Below are positions 26,381 through 39,339 of a stretch of DNA of 64,000 nt, in pieces. A program made the position numbers and the translations under genes. Every line of letters begins with the position of its first letter. Positions within the stretch are counted from its first letter, which is position 1. Source of the DNA: Octopus sinensis (lineage: Eukaryota); assembly GCF_006345805.1 (NCBI RefSeq), contig NC_043004.1, forward strand, positions 69,750,001-69,814,000. The letters are read 5' to 3'. The notes beneath the pieces are model-generated. The model ran no database searches, had not been told where the DNA came from, and saw only the letters and a program-made list of their open reading frames with translations.

Positions 26381-28305
26381 GCTAGATAAACAGGTACCAC
26401 ACACACACACGCTCTCTCTCTCTCTTGCATGCACAATTTACATGTTGACAGTTTAAGTTATATGTCTCCTGTAGTCCGCTAACTAAACGGATCATTAGGG
26501 TTTTTTATGTTATACTTACATAATCAGCTAATTGCTGCTGATGTCAGAGTGACAGAGAATCAGAGAGAGAGATGACAGACATAGACACTACCAATCTTAT
26601 CAGTAGATATACACACACACACACACATATATAACTTGCCAAATTTACTGCCATTTTACTAAATGTTGATTGTATTGAAAATTTATTAAACATTGGTGGC
26701 ATAAAAGGCGCCCATGCCAGCGACATATAAAAGGCACCCAATATACTGTAAGGTGGTTGGCATTAGGAAGGGCATCCAACCATAAAAACCATGCTAAAAC
26801 AAACAACTGGAGCATGGTGCAACTCTGTGGCTTGCCAGTTCCAGTCGAACCAATCTCATGGAGAATGGACGTTAAATGATACTGATCATTAGCAGTTCAC
26901 GCATGAGAGATGCACACAGCATAACTGAATATTGAAGATGTTCACTTTGCAATCCTGAGGTCCCAAGTTCATTGCCACTGCATGGCACCTTAGACAAGTG
27001 TATTCAGTTTTAATCATAGCCTCAAGTTAATCCAACCAAGCATTGTGAGTGAAGTTGGTTAGATGGGAAATTGTGCAGAAACCTCTCGACTGGATTGTCC
27101 CTGTGATTTAAAGGCACAGCCATTCCATGCACATTGGTTGTGTATCTGTGGAGTACTCAGCCACTTAGAGGTTAACTCAAGGAGCAGTTGATCAACTGAA
27201 CCCTGATCATTGAAACTGAAGGTGGTCTATATTTTCTCTTTTACTTCTTTTAACCATTGGACTGTGCCCATGCTGGAACACTGCCTTGATAGTTTTAGTC
27301 AAACTAATCAACTCTAGCACTCTTTTTTTCCAAGGCTGGTACTTATTCTATCAGTCTTTTTTTGCATGGATGTCAACAAACCAACACTGGTTGTCAGGCA
27401 ATGTGGGGTCACACACATGTTATTTCACTTAGAGATAGCAACACTATATATCTTTTATCTTTTACTTGTTTCAGTCATAAGACTGAGGCCATGCTGGGGC
27501 ACCACCTTGAAGCATTTTTAGTCAAATGAATTGAATCCAGCACTTTTATTTTTTTAAGCCTGATACCTATTCTGTCAATCTCTTTTGCCAAATCACTAAG
27601 TTACAAGGGACGTGAACACATCAACACTGGTTGCCAAGCAGTGGTGGGTGACAAGCACAGACACACACACACATCAGGCTTCTTTGAGGTGCTAAAAAGT
27701 TCTTGGTTTTAAGGATATAGCAAAAGGTCTGAGTTCTTTTTTCAGGGCTTAGAAAAACTGAAAGGCTGCTGCAATAAGTGTGTGAATCAGTGAGGGGGAG
27801 GAATATGTTGAATGAAATCATAATTAACTGATCCTCCTGTATTTTCTTTCACCCAAAGACAGGAACTTTTCAGCACCCCCTCATACCAGATTTAGAGAGA
27901 AAAAATATATAGTACTGGGGTCAATTTGTTTAACTAAACCCTTCAAATCAGGGTCTCAGAAAGGTTGTATGGTCTACTGACTGAAACAAGTAAAAAATAA
28001 AATTGCATAATTTGCAGAAATTTCAGAAACAAAACTTCGCCGGGAGTTTACTTTCAACCAAGATGAGGACTCATTAATCAACCAACCTTGCTAATCATTT
28101 CATTGTATTTTGTATCTAATCTCTTCTTTTAATATCTTTTGCCTGCCACAAACGAGGAGACCTTCTTGCATGTTCGTTTGCAAACTGTACTTTTTTTCTT
28201 TACCATCCCTGCTCTGTATACCATCATGATCATATTTCTCTCTTTATTTAATTTGCTCTCTTATAGATGTCTATTTACTGCTTGATGTAGAAATGTGCTT
28301 TGGAA

Positions 28306-28355
<50 letters not shown>

Positions 28356-29111
28356 CATACACACAAATATATATAGAGAGAGGAGATATAGATATACACA
28401 CACATACAAATGCTGCATTTATTTGTGTATATATTGCACTATTTTATACATGATTTCAACTGAAAAAACTGGAGTGTGACTTGTACACAGAGCAAGGCTA
28501 AAACTATGAAGGGAAAAAAATTTGTATCAAGATTTGACACTGAATTAATTGCAAAATTCACACAAGTAAATACAGTGTATGTGTGTATATAAATATATAT
28601 ATATATAAGTGGATTCTGGACCAGTTAGTTTATATTGGCATCAAGTCATGTAAGTTGTAATAATGAGTTGTTTTGAAATCATTTAATCTGTATGTTTCAG
28701 GTTTGCATAATGTATAACAAGAAATGCATCCATTACGTAATATCTTCCTCAGTGAATACATTTCAGAATATCAAAATTGGTTTTTGACTTCATTATTACA
28801 ACTAATATAACTCGCTGCCAGTACAAACTAACCGATCCAGAATCCACTTATGCAGATATTCTAATGATTTGGAGTTCTTCCTTATATTTGACTAAGAGTC
28901 AAAACTTTCGTTACCAGCACCCCTTCTTAGCATAACACAAAATGATACATATATATGTATGTATGTGTGTGTATATATATATATATAATGTGTGTGTATG
29001 TATCTATCTATCTGAAGAGCAAATAGGTTTGTGTTGCTGCTAATAGATGCTTGTTATAATTTTTCTTTTGTTTCAAATCTCTCACTTTCCATTCTTCTTT
29101 ATCTGTTTCAG

Positions 29112-29129
29112 CCTCGTGATACCAACTGA
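29112..29129 (+). CDS. GRK5: Candidate spliced terminal GRK exon PRDTN*, followed by a long U-rich 3'UTR-like region
   Basis: Long polypyrimidine tract ending tgtttcag at 29111; phase 0 compatible; about 2.8 kb of repeat-free T-rich sequence follows, with AATAAA at 29302, 30692, 31467 and 31901. Confidence 0.45.
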   Translation, partial: PRDTN

Positions 29130-31900
29130 TAACCTGTCTTATTATCATATAGATCAAAATCATTACCACAACAACAACAAAAAAAAATGATTTATCTAAA
29201 GGAAGTCTATTAACAACTTTATTGGTGGATCAGCAGTCAGGATGGGTTTAAAAAAAAACAAAAGATCTTTTTAAAAAGCCTGTCCGGGTTGCTGTTAGCT
29301 TAATAAATACCATTGCATTATTGGTGCTACAAAAACCACCTTTTTTTGAAAACTGCTGTTGTTTAATACCATCATCAACAAGTAGTTAGGATTTATTATT
29401 ATTATTAATAATAATAATAATAATAATGTACACATCTTTATTTAAAACTTCTACACCTCAGAAGTCAAAAGAAAAAAAAAAGAGAGAGAGAGAGAAGCTA
29501 CCTTGCTTTCTTTACACCTTTGATAATCCTAAAAGACCTCCTGAACTTTGTACTAAAAACTAGTTCTTCACCAATACCATCATCACTCACTTCATGGTTC
29601 TCTGTTATGTTTCCTCCTCGTTATCTCTTATATTTCAATTACCATTTCCTCCCCCCCCCCTTCATCCTATTATTGCCTGTGCACCTAAGAACATTTTTTT
29701 TTTTTTTTTAAAACTATGTTCCCTCTCCCCAACACTATTAACTTGACTTTCACATCTTGGTTTTTATGATACCACATTAACTGACAGACAATTGTTTTGT
29801 TTTTTTCGTTACACAAAGGTTTTTTTGAGTTGGCAACCGGAAATATATATATATATATGTGTGTATATCATACTTACAGCAACATCACTACCACTCCCTC
29901 CCACCTGGGGAGTTGTGGCGGGTATGATGTAGATTAACTGGTGATCAACATCCATGGCTCCTCCAGGCCAAACTGTTTCGGCAAGAAAAGTAAAAGTGCA
30001 CATTTTAACAACTCAAAGCAATCAATGTCTTTTTTTTTTTTTTTTTTCAACAGAAAAAAAAAATCATAAAACTCTGTTCTTTGTACAAAGGTCTTTGAAA
30101 ACTACCCAATTTCTACATTTAGGTGATTGCTTTTTTTTTCTTTTTCCCACCCCCCATTTTTAATTATCATATATAATATATATATATATGAAACGATATT
30201 TTTATTAACAAATAGATATTTTACCTCAAAACTTTAAGCAATATTTTTCACAACTACACACAGAATGAACTAAAAAGTGGTTTTTACTTGCTGTTTGCAA
30301 ACCGGTCTTTTTTTGTTTTTTTTTTTCCATTTTCTTTAATATCAGTTGTTGCTAGATTAAATCTGTTTTTATTTATTTATATTTTTTTTAGTTCTCATGT
30401 TGGATTTGGTAAAATGCATGGTTCTTTTTTAAAAAAAAAATAATACCATGCTTTCATTGTTTCTCTTGCTCTCTAAATGTGTTTCTGCTGCTTTCAATAT
30501 TTGCATTTTTTTTGTCTTTTTTTTTTTTAATGAGTTTATCGCAGTATCTCAAGTCAAATTAAATGGTTTTGCTGTCAGCCATTTGTCATATATATACTTT
30601 CACTCATATTCTTCAACACACTGTAAACCTGTTTGTCTCCAAGTTCTTTGCTAGCGTGTCCTTTGACTGCTGCTTGAGAGGGGAAGCGAAGTAATAAATA
30701 TGAAAAACAAAAAAACTTTTCTGCTGATATGTAGCATATTGAGATTGCTTATAATTTTATATATATATATAAAAAAAAACCTAAAGTAGATGAGATTGCG
30801 TTATAATTTTATAACAGAAATCTAAAGTAGATATAGAGTAAAAATTCTTGAACGAAGGATTTAGTAATTGAATTTGTCATAATGTTAAATATAATTATGC
30901 TCCCTTTTTATATATATATATATAATATATAAGCTACTATTAATTCCATTTTGTTATTATAGTAACATGTAACTTCAAATATTATATACCTCCACCAATC
31001 AGTTTCGGCCACGACCATTTCAATTCACTGACTCTCTATAGATACTTCTTTCGATTTGGCCTCACAATCTTGTATTCTCATCTCTAAGATTTATTATTCC
31101 TAAAACTTACCAGTCATAGACATCAGAAGAAGACAATAGTAGCAACAATTCTTTACATCAGTTATTCCATTTCTAACATAATTTTTCATTAAATGGTTTT
31201 GTCATCGTGAGTTTGATTAACAGTACTGAAGAAGAAAAAAATGTTTTGCTTTTTTTTCAAAGAACTAGCCAACATACTTTGTCTGATGTTCCTAGATGGA
31301 TGATGTTTCTCATTCCTTTGACTTACCTATAAAAAAAAATGACTCAAATGTTGGAAACTGTACAAATAGATTTGAATAACCATTTTACAGAGAGGAAAGG
31401 AAGGTCACATAGTACTTTCCTCTGCACTTGGTCCAACCTTTCACTGTTGCGCTAGATAGTTTCTATAATAAACATGCTCCAAAAAGAAAAGAAAAAAAAA
31501 AAGAATATTTCCTTCAACTGATTTAATTAATGTATCTGTCCATTTGTTTAAATTTGCTGGACAGACAAATTGAGAGAGAAATCTTTTGAAGATCATTTTT
31601 CTTCATCCATCTATACATATATTTTTGCCATGTGTTTAAATCATGTTTGAAACTAAGAACATTAACACTTTTTTTTTTTGTATCATACTTTAGACATGAA
31701 AATAACAAAAGCACCTTTTCGGGTTTCACACCATGTGATATATTTTTATTTCATTTTTCTTTTTTTCATATTTGGCACGCAATGATGGTTTGTTTTGTTT
31801 GTTTTTTTTCCTACATTCATAAAAGGAATTTAAACTCTGCAAGAATTTAAAAAGTCATCCATCCATAATTCCTTTGTCTTTTTTTTCCCCCCTTCTATTT

Positions 31901-31906
31901 AATAAA
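31901..31906 (+). terminator. Candidate distal poly(A) signal for GRK
   Basis: AATAAA at the end of the T-rich UTR-like block, followed by T-rich sequence. Confidence 0.3.
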
Positions 31907-32892
31907 ATGGAGCTGTGCTTCATCTTTAAAATATAAAACATTGACAAATTTATTTTCCTGAAAACTGGTGCTTTATTTTATTTTTACTTTTTATCAAAAG
32001 ACATTTGTCAAATAATTCTCTAGAAATCAGAACGGGCTTGAGTAGACATATTTATGATTTAGAGATGTTGCCGAAAGAAGACCTGCAAATCCAACTGAAT
32101 AATTTTCCAGCCTCATCACATGCCAAGTATGGGAAGACACTAGATGGAAGAGGGCAACCGTTGCCTTCCTCTTCACATTTGCTGGTATTTTCTACCACGC
32201 AGGGAAAAATATAAATTGTTTCAAACAAGACCAAAAACATAAGAAATAAATCATATCTCACAATAAAGTTGTTTTGTTTCTTTATCTGCCTCCCACCACC
32301 CATGTGTTCTTGTATCAAAATAATTGTTTTATCACCCAGGAGACTCAATGCAGTTTGAAATTCTTTAATTTCAAATGAAGATGACAAATGTACTTCCACC
32401 TCCAATGAATCTCTAAGAAGAATGTTTGGACCAGTGGGGTTCAAAGGAATTCCTGATGAGAATTCAGCAGATCTAAGAAATATTTCTGAAGATTCATTTC
32501 AAAATAAAGGAAACTTTAATGACAATGGAGACATTCACATAGACACAACCTGGGTGAGGGGACAATTATTAAGAATTACTTTTTTTTATAGTTCCAACAT
32601 GTATCAAATTGAATCAATATTGCTATGTTGTGTTTATCCCTTTTTTTTCTTTTTACCAAACTCCGGTGAAATACATGGCTTTTGTTTCAATTCATTTTGA
32701 AAATAATGAATTTAGTAAAGTCACTCCATGATTAAAGCCAGTGTGTGGAACAAATTAATGGAAGGCTTTAATTGAAATCACTTCAAAGCAGGAAGGTTGT
32801 ATCCTAGAACCAAGGGTTGTCTCAGTTGATTTGGTATCAAAAGGGTTACGGTAAATTGGGTAATCTAGTAGGCTTGCGTCACCTGAAGCAGG

Positions 32893-32898
32893 TTTATT
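32893..32898 (-). terminator. Candidate poly(A) signal for TCERG1
   Basis: TTTATT on + (AATAAA on -) about 750 nt after the stop; alternatives at 31949 and 31972. Confidence 0.35.
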
Positions 32899-33644
32899 GC
32901 TCTTCTTCAACCTCTAAAATCATTAAATAGCAGCAGCTTTTTTCAATATGATCAATTAGAACCAATGTGTTAGGAAGGGGATAAGGACGGAGGGACCAAA
33001 GGCACACTGCCCTTGTGGATAAAATGTTTTACTTAATTGATCTGCAATAAACTCACAACATCAAACTAACTGAAAATGAGAACAATTGTCTACATATAAA
33101 GGAAACTTTACAGTTTATACTTAAGTGTATTGAAACAATACTAACAGGTAAAAATAAAATGGGGTTTTTTTCTGTTGCATTTAAAATATGAGGGGAAACA
33201 AAAATAAGACGTTATAACAAAATAACAAAGAACCTTCCCATTCATTTGTTTTAATTATAATTTACATGGAAAAATGTATAAAATAAAAGTCATGAAATAG
33301 AAACCAAAAAAAAAAAAAAAAAACAGGCCAACTGTTACTGCTAAAAAATGACTGTTAGTACTGTAAAATGCTGAGTCCAATGTTACAGAGCCAAGACCAG
33401 CTGGAACGAATGGGTGAGGCAGCAGTTAAAAGTTAGAGCTTGCAGGCTTTGGTATTTTAGCTACAGTACAGTAGTAATATGAAGGATGGAAGTCTAAAAC
33501 AGTTCATTAGTTTGTGGTTGGGAAAGGGTCTGTAAGTTTGTAAATGTATGGTATAAAATGTGTGAAAGATAAAACAAGAAAAATGAGAAGCTAGAAATGC
33601 AACAACGTTGTCATTTTTCCTCTGCCTTAATCAGGAATCTATCA

Positions 33645-33785
33645 TTATTTGGTGGTTCTTCTGGATGGTTCGGATGCTGTTGGAGGTGGAGGAACTCCTT
33701 TGCGGTCCAAATCATCAATGTAGGATAAAAGAATCTTTTTGCGGTCCTCTGCGATGCAATCTAACACCAAATATCGACGATCATT
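33645..33785 (-). CDS. TCERG1: TCERG1 last coding exon NDRRYLVLDCIAEDRKKILLSYIDDLDRKGVPPPPTASEPSRRTTK*
   Basis: Matches the CA150 C-terminus (GPPPPPTASEPTRRSTK); ttacag acceptor; TAA at 33647-33645. Confidence 0.97.
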   Translation of the reverse strand, partial: NDRRYLVLDCIAEDRKKILLSYIDDLDRKGVPPPPTASEPSRRTTK

Positions 33786-33906
33786 CTGTAACAATTCACA
33801 GAAAAGCAAAATAAATATGACATCTACCGTAATTTAAAAGTTGTTTTTATTTTTAATTCAAACTTCATCTTCAAATAATTCTGCAAATAAACAATCTCCC
33901 TCTTAC

Positions 33907-33967
33907 CTGTAAAATTGTTTCTATATCTTTTAAATGTATTTCATTTTCTTCTATCATCTTTTTTGAT
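33907..33967 (-). CDS. TCERG1: TCERG1 exon (R)SKKMIEENEIHLKDIETILQ (FF6)
   Basis: cttcag acceptor, cag|gtaaga donor, 61 nt; phases join correctly. Confidence 0.94.
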
Positions 33968-35817
33968 CTGAAGAAAAGAAGGTTAAAAGTTTTCTTTTAA
34001 TGCAACATCTATGTCTTGCAACTTAGATCAATAAAATAAGTAACAGGCTTGAAGAATAAGTAGAGATAATATTATTGACTAAATGATTTCAAGGTGGTGC
34101 CCCAGCATGACTGCAGTCTAACACAGTTTGAAAACATTGCTTGTTTGTAGAATTATGGTTTCACGAGGTAGCCATGTCAGAAACATTTCCCCATCGTACT
34201 TTTAACCTCTCATCACCTGGCACAATTACAACTCCCTCAATACTGTACCCCTTGTTCTCAGTTGAAGCATCTTGTCTTGTGAGTTAGTACCACATAAAAA
34301 AGCACCCAGTATTCTCTGAAGTGGTTGGCACTAGGAAGAGCATTCAGCTATAGAAACTATGCCAAAGCAGTCATCGGACTCAAGTCTTTGTCAAACTATC
34401 CAGCTCATGCCAGTATGGAAAGTGATCATCATCATTGTCTTTATGTTAGTTTTTCCATGCTGGCAAATCTTGAAGCAAAATGTCTGAAGCTGGATAGTCT
34501 TCCTGTCACAAACCCTTAACTGTTTTCCAAGTAAAGTACATTCATTCAACTGATCCTCACACATCAAAAGCAATGAAGCTACTGAAATTACTGGAAAATG
34601 TAAGCATAGATACCATTTTATTAAAGAGATCAGCACAAGGTGTGCTGACTTGTGAACCTCCATAACTCAGAAAGGTTATGCCAGAAGAGCAGAAGCTTCC
34701 AAAAGGACCTTCCGTATTGGCCAGATCAAAGGATAAAAACCAAGCTATGGACCACCTCTTCCCAAGGATAAAAATGGGTTTGCATAGGATCAACACCCTA
34801 ACATGTAACAGAGAATCAATGACAATTCAAAACCAACAAGATCTGAGAGAGGAAAGCCTTCTCTCAGCTCCAGCCCAGAGTTGAGAATAGGAGGGAAAAG
34901 TTGCTGATGACATATGCTTTGTTATTATTATTAAGGCAGAATCGTTAGCATACTGGATGAAATGCTTAGTGGTATTTCGTCAATTGCTACATTCTGAGTT
35001 CAAATTCTGCCACAGTCAACTTATGCTTTCCCGGTTGATAAATTTAAGTACTAGTCAAGTACTGGGGTCAATGTGAATGACTTTCCTCTCCCACCAAATT
35101 TCAGGCCTTGTGCCTATAGTACAAAGGATTATTATGTCATCCTCCAACAAAACCAATAAGTCAACTTACTGTGTTCTGTCAGAAAATGGATATCAGAGTT
35201 CCTTAGACCACGTCTCATGCCAGAGGCATAATCTTAGAAAATTTCCAACTTTTCATTAAACAGAAACCTGACACACAGTAAATTGAAGATAATTTGTTTC
35301 AGTCTTTTGTAATTAGCTCAGTTTCAGGCTTTTTGACTTATTTTGTATAGTCAGAGGTGGGAAGTTTTTTGTCATTAGTATTAAAGAGAGCAGTTTTATC
35401 ATTAGTGACAAATAGGACTGGTTGAGATGACATTCTCACACACACACTCAAGACTCTCTCTCAGTTTCTGTTTATGAATCCCACGCACAAAGCATTGGAT
35501 ACCCCAAGGTTAGGATAGAAAGGCACATGCTTATGGTGTTGTGTGCTTGCAAAACAAACTTCATAACCATACACTCATATCTGTACCTTAATTATAGTTT
35601 GAAAAAACTTTAAGCATAAAAACATAAGCTGCCTACAATTAAATTCTATTTTCTTCTCATGAAAGGCATATCTTACACAGCTTTTCAACAGGCTGAATGA
35701 ATGCTGCCTACTTTTCATCTTCAGCATTTACAACCTCAAAGTTACTCTATGTACTTCCAACCATTCTTAAAATTTCAGAACATCCAATAGTCTAAAATGA
35801 GTTGTGTATTTACATAC

Positions 35818-35918
35818 CTGTATGTCACCAGTTTAGTCTCTTTTAACAATTCCCGGAAATCTGCTTTAGCTTGAGCAATTTGTTCATAGCGATAATCTTC
35901 AAATTCTTTTTCTCTTTT
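35818..35918 (-). CDS. TCERG1: TCERG1 exon KREKEFEDYRYEQIAQAKADFRELLKETKLVTY(R) (end of FF5, start of FF6)
   Basis: cttttcag acceptor, ag|gtatgt donor, 101 nt; AKADFR.LLKETK conserved. Confidence 0.96.
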
Positions 35919-36981
35919 CTGAAAAGAAAAAAAAAAAAAAAATGATGTATGTGAAAATAGAAAAGTAAAACAATTTTAAAACAACAAAAACTATTTTGTA
36001 GTATCTATAACATAATGATTGAAAAAGTGCAGGACTGTGTCCCCCCCCCCCCCATTCATGTTATTAAAACAAGTTATATTACTTCGAAGAAATTATAAAT
36101 GGGTATTAAAAAATTTTTAAATATAAATTATAATGCTCAATATTACAAGATTCACTTCTGTTTTAAATGTCAACTTCCGTTTGAATTTCATGTCAACAAA
36201 GTTTTTTCTTTGCATTCATAAAAAAATGTAATAAGGCGAAAGAAAAGAACGGGTAAATTATTTTTAATCATATTACAAAATACAACAATCCCTATCTATC
36301 ACAGTTTTCAAACTGTGTTAGACTGCAGTCATGCTGGGGCACCACCTTGAAATCATTTAGTCAATAATATTATCTCTACTTATTCTTCAAGCCTGTTACT
36401 TATTTTATTGATCTAAGTTGCAAGACATAGATGTTGGCATTATCAAGAGCATTAAGAAAAGAAGATATAAAAACATTAACCCCGATAAATACAAAGGGTC
36501 CATTTGCTGACAATTGTGTCCACAAAGAAGAAACATTCATTACTCTCTTTTAATTGAAATGTATTTAAGTTTCTTTTTAATTGCTAGGAAAGGGACACTA
36601 GAAACACTTAAGAAGTCTATAAGTGAATATAGCAAAACTCAACTCTTCATATTGGTAAACGTAATTCATTAATTCTCACCAGAGAATCTATTTTCAAATT
36701 CACTCAAGTGAAGATTCAGGAACATTTTCTCTTGACAGTCTCAACACTTTTCCAATTTTCATTATCGTCTTTTTAAAATGTATCATGGATTATTTTACTG
36801 ATTACAGAATAAACTATAACAGAGTCTTTGTTCAATTCATGTGCATATTGTCAATTTACTTTATAATTTATATATCATATCTATATGTATACGTAATATC
36901 AATATGCAAAATACAGAAAAGTTTTGAGAATAATACTAAAGAAAATCATAAAAATTATGTGAAATGTTTGCCATTACTTAC

Positions 36982-37065
36982 CCTGTCACTAGATGAAAAC
37001 TTGGAATATCTAGGATCATCTTTGATCATTTTCTTCACATCTTTCCAAGAAGAGGTCAATGTAAT
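36982..37065 (-). CDS. TCERG1: TCERG1 exon ITLTSSWKDVKKMIKDDPRYSKFSSSDR (FF5)
   Basis: ctccttag acceptor, agg|gtaagt donor, 84 nt. Confidence 0.96.
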
Positions 37066-38629
37066 CTAAGGAGAAAAAAAAAATGGAAATCAACAGAAAT
37101 CAAACCAATTTAAAAACAAAACAACCAAGAGACCACATTGTTTGTTATAAATGAAATATAATTAATTTTAATTGTAGACACAGGGACAGATGTGCCTGTG
37201 CGGTTAGAAGTTTGCTTCCCAACCACATGGTTCTAAGTTCAGTCTCACAGTAGGGTAGCTTGTGTTCTACTATAGCCCCAGAACGACAAAAGCCTTGGGA
37301 ATAGATTTGGCACAAGTTTATTGAATATGTATAAATGTATATTTGTGTATTATTGTCTCCTTGCCTTGACATTACATGGTAGTTGTAAATGTGTGTCACC
37401 ATAATGCAGGCAATGCCCTTCATTTCCAATATTCTGTGAGGGCATGTCTGGCCATGGGGAAATATTTATCTTACTTGGAAACCAGTGAAGGTTGGTAACA
37501 GAAAGGGCATCCTGCTGTAGAAAACTCACCCCCAATAAATTCCATCTGACCCATGCAAGCATGGAAGAAAAGTGAATACTAAAACAATGATGATGGTCAA
37601 GATTCATCAGTTACTTTGTACAACTACTACATTTGTGACCCCAAAGGGACCCACTTCAATACTGTTCCAAAATTATTTGTCAATGAGAAGAGAGCAAAGA
37701 GATTATAAATAATCCAGTCATAGTTTTGAACAGAATCATGTAGTGAGATATACTCAATGGCAATTAGTCATTTTATTAATTAATCAGCTGAGCATTGTCT
37801 TGTGGTAGGCTCTTCCACACACCAACAGTAGCTTATAATAAGCATTTAATGAGTTGCTGTCATTCACTGAACATTCTCACATTCTCCGGTTACAAGGTGA
37901 ATTAATACTTGTTCAATTGTAACTATTATAAGCACAGACGTGGCTGTGCAGCAAGCAGTTTGATTCCCAACTACATGGTTCTGGGTTCAGTCCCACTGCA
38001 TGGCACCTTGGGCAAGTGTCTTCTACTATAAGCCTCCTCGGGTCAACCAAAGCCTTGTGAGTGCATTCTGTAGATGGAAACTGAAAGAAGCCCATCATAT
38101 ATGTGTGGGTCTGTGTCTTTGTGTCTGTATTTGTCTCCCACCACCACTTGACAACTGGTGTTGGTTTGTTTACATCCCTGTATCATAACAGCTTGGTAAA
38201 AAGAGACCGGCAGAATAAGTACCAGGCTTTAAAAAACAAAAGTACAGGGGTTAATTCATTCAACTAAAAGTTCTTCAAGACGGAGCCCCAGCCGGACCAC
38301 AGTCTAATGACTGAAACAAGTAAAAGATAAAAATTAGGACTTGTCCCTTTACTTTGCCAGCATCTATCTTAAATGTTGGGGTCTTCTTCAGCTTCATTAA
38401 CTTTAATGATGCTAATGTCCTTAGTAAATTACACAGATGAAAGAAATGTGCAAAAATCTAATATCATGATGCTTTCCAGAAATATGCCAAGATACTTCAG
38501 ACTAGTTTGGAAGGAGTTCCATGAAATACTCCAACCGTTACTTTGAAAACAGATCTTTAAAAGACTTTCTGATCCTCTTCAGGACCAGAAAATGCTTTAC
38601 TTCCAGTAATTACTAACCCTACAAAGCCT

Positions 38630-39060
38630 AGGTGAGATGCACAACGGAGGACTGCTCCCATATCCAGGATAATCTTACCACTATATACTCGGATATCTTG
38701 AACCTCATTCCAAAAGGAGAGGGAGAAACATTTGACCCGTTGGCACTGTCAGGTGTTTCCCTCACTCGCCAAACTCATACAAAGCCCCTAACCTATAAAC
38801 TCACTCAACTCCAGCTTCTAACGTACACCCATGTCTCTTTTCCCTGCTTTTTATGCCACTACTACAATAGCCTCTACTGTCTGAAGCTGACTGATCTCAT
38901 ACAACCAACCACTCACACACAGCCAATGGACTCATTTTTCCCCCCTCATCCATAGCTATGTCCACTTTTCATTTCACCCAACCGTTCCAGCCCAGAACAT
39001 TTGTCCTCTGGAACCCCATTCTGTCCATCTTTTACCAGCAGCCATCTCAAAAAGTTTACC
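38630..39060 (+). mobile_element. CR1/L2-like LINE ORF2 3' remnant
   Basis: Degenerate FLCHYYN..LTDLIQP ... PRTFVLWN..SIF C-terminal motifs. Confidence 0.5.
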
Positions 39061-39159
39061 AAGAGTCATAGGCACAGTTTCTTACTCCAAGTAAAACCAG
39101 TACATAAAATATAAATTACAGGTGAGAACTCTTTACATAACATAATTACAAAAGTTTAC

Positions 39160-39339
39160 CTGAAGAGTTTCATCAAGGAGTTTATGAAACATCTCTTTAT
39201 TTTTCTTATTTAAAATATCAATATGTTCCTCAAACAATTTTTCTTTCTCATCACGGTCAAGCAAATCCGCCAGTTCCCAACGATGGTCTTTACGCAGTTG
39301 TTTTCTTGTTTCTCGCCAAGAAGATTCAGAGTTACGCAC
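39160..39339 (-). CDS. TCERG1: TCERG1 exon VRNSESSWRETRKQLRKDHRW...EMFHKLLDETLQ (FF4 and start of FF5)
   Basis: W..TR..LRKDHRW conserved; acceptor ttttactgaag, donor cag|gtaaac. Confidence 0.97.

Noticed and set aside
25758-28290. VCLG* and MSIYCLM* as CaaX prenylation signals
   Set aside because: Cys is at position -3, not -4; kept only as possible terminal exons
32452-32490. CTGATGAG followed later by GAAA
   Set aside because: No stem II closes directly before GAAA
34136-36303. Segment between the perfect inverted repeats as an inverted or invertible cassette
   Set aside because: The enclosed exon has the correct orientation and phase, and no recombinase is present
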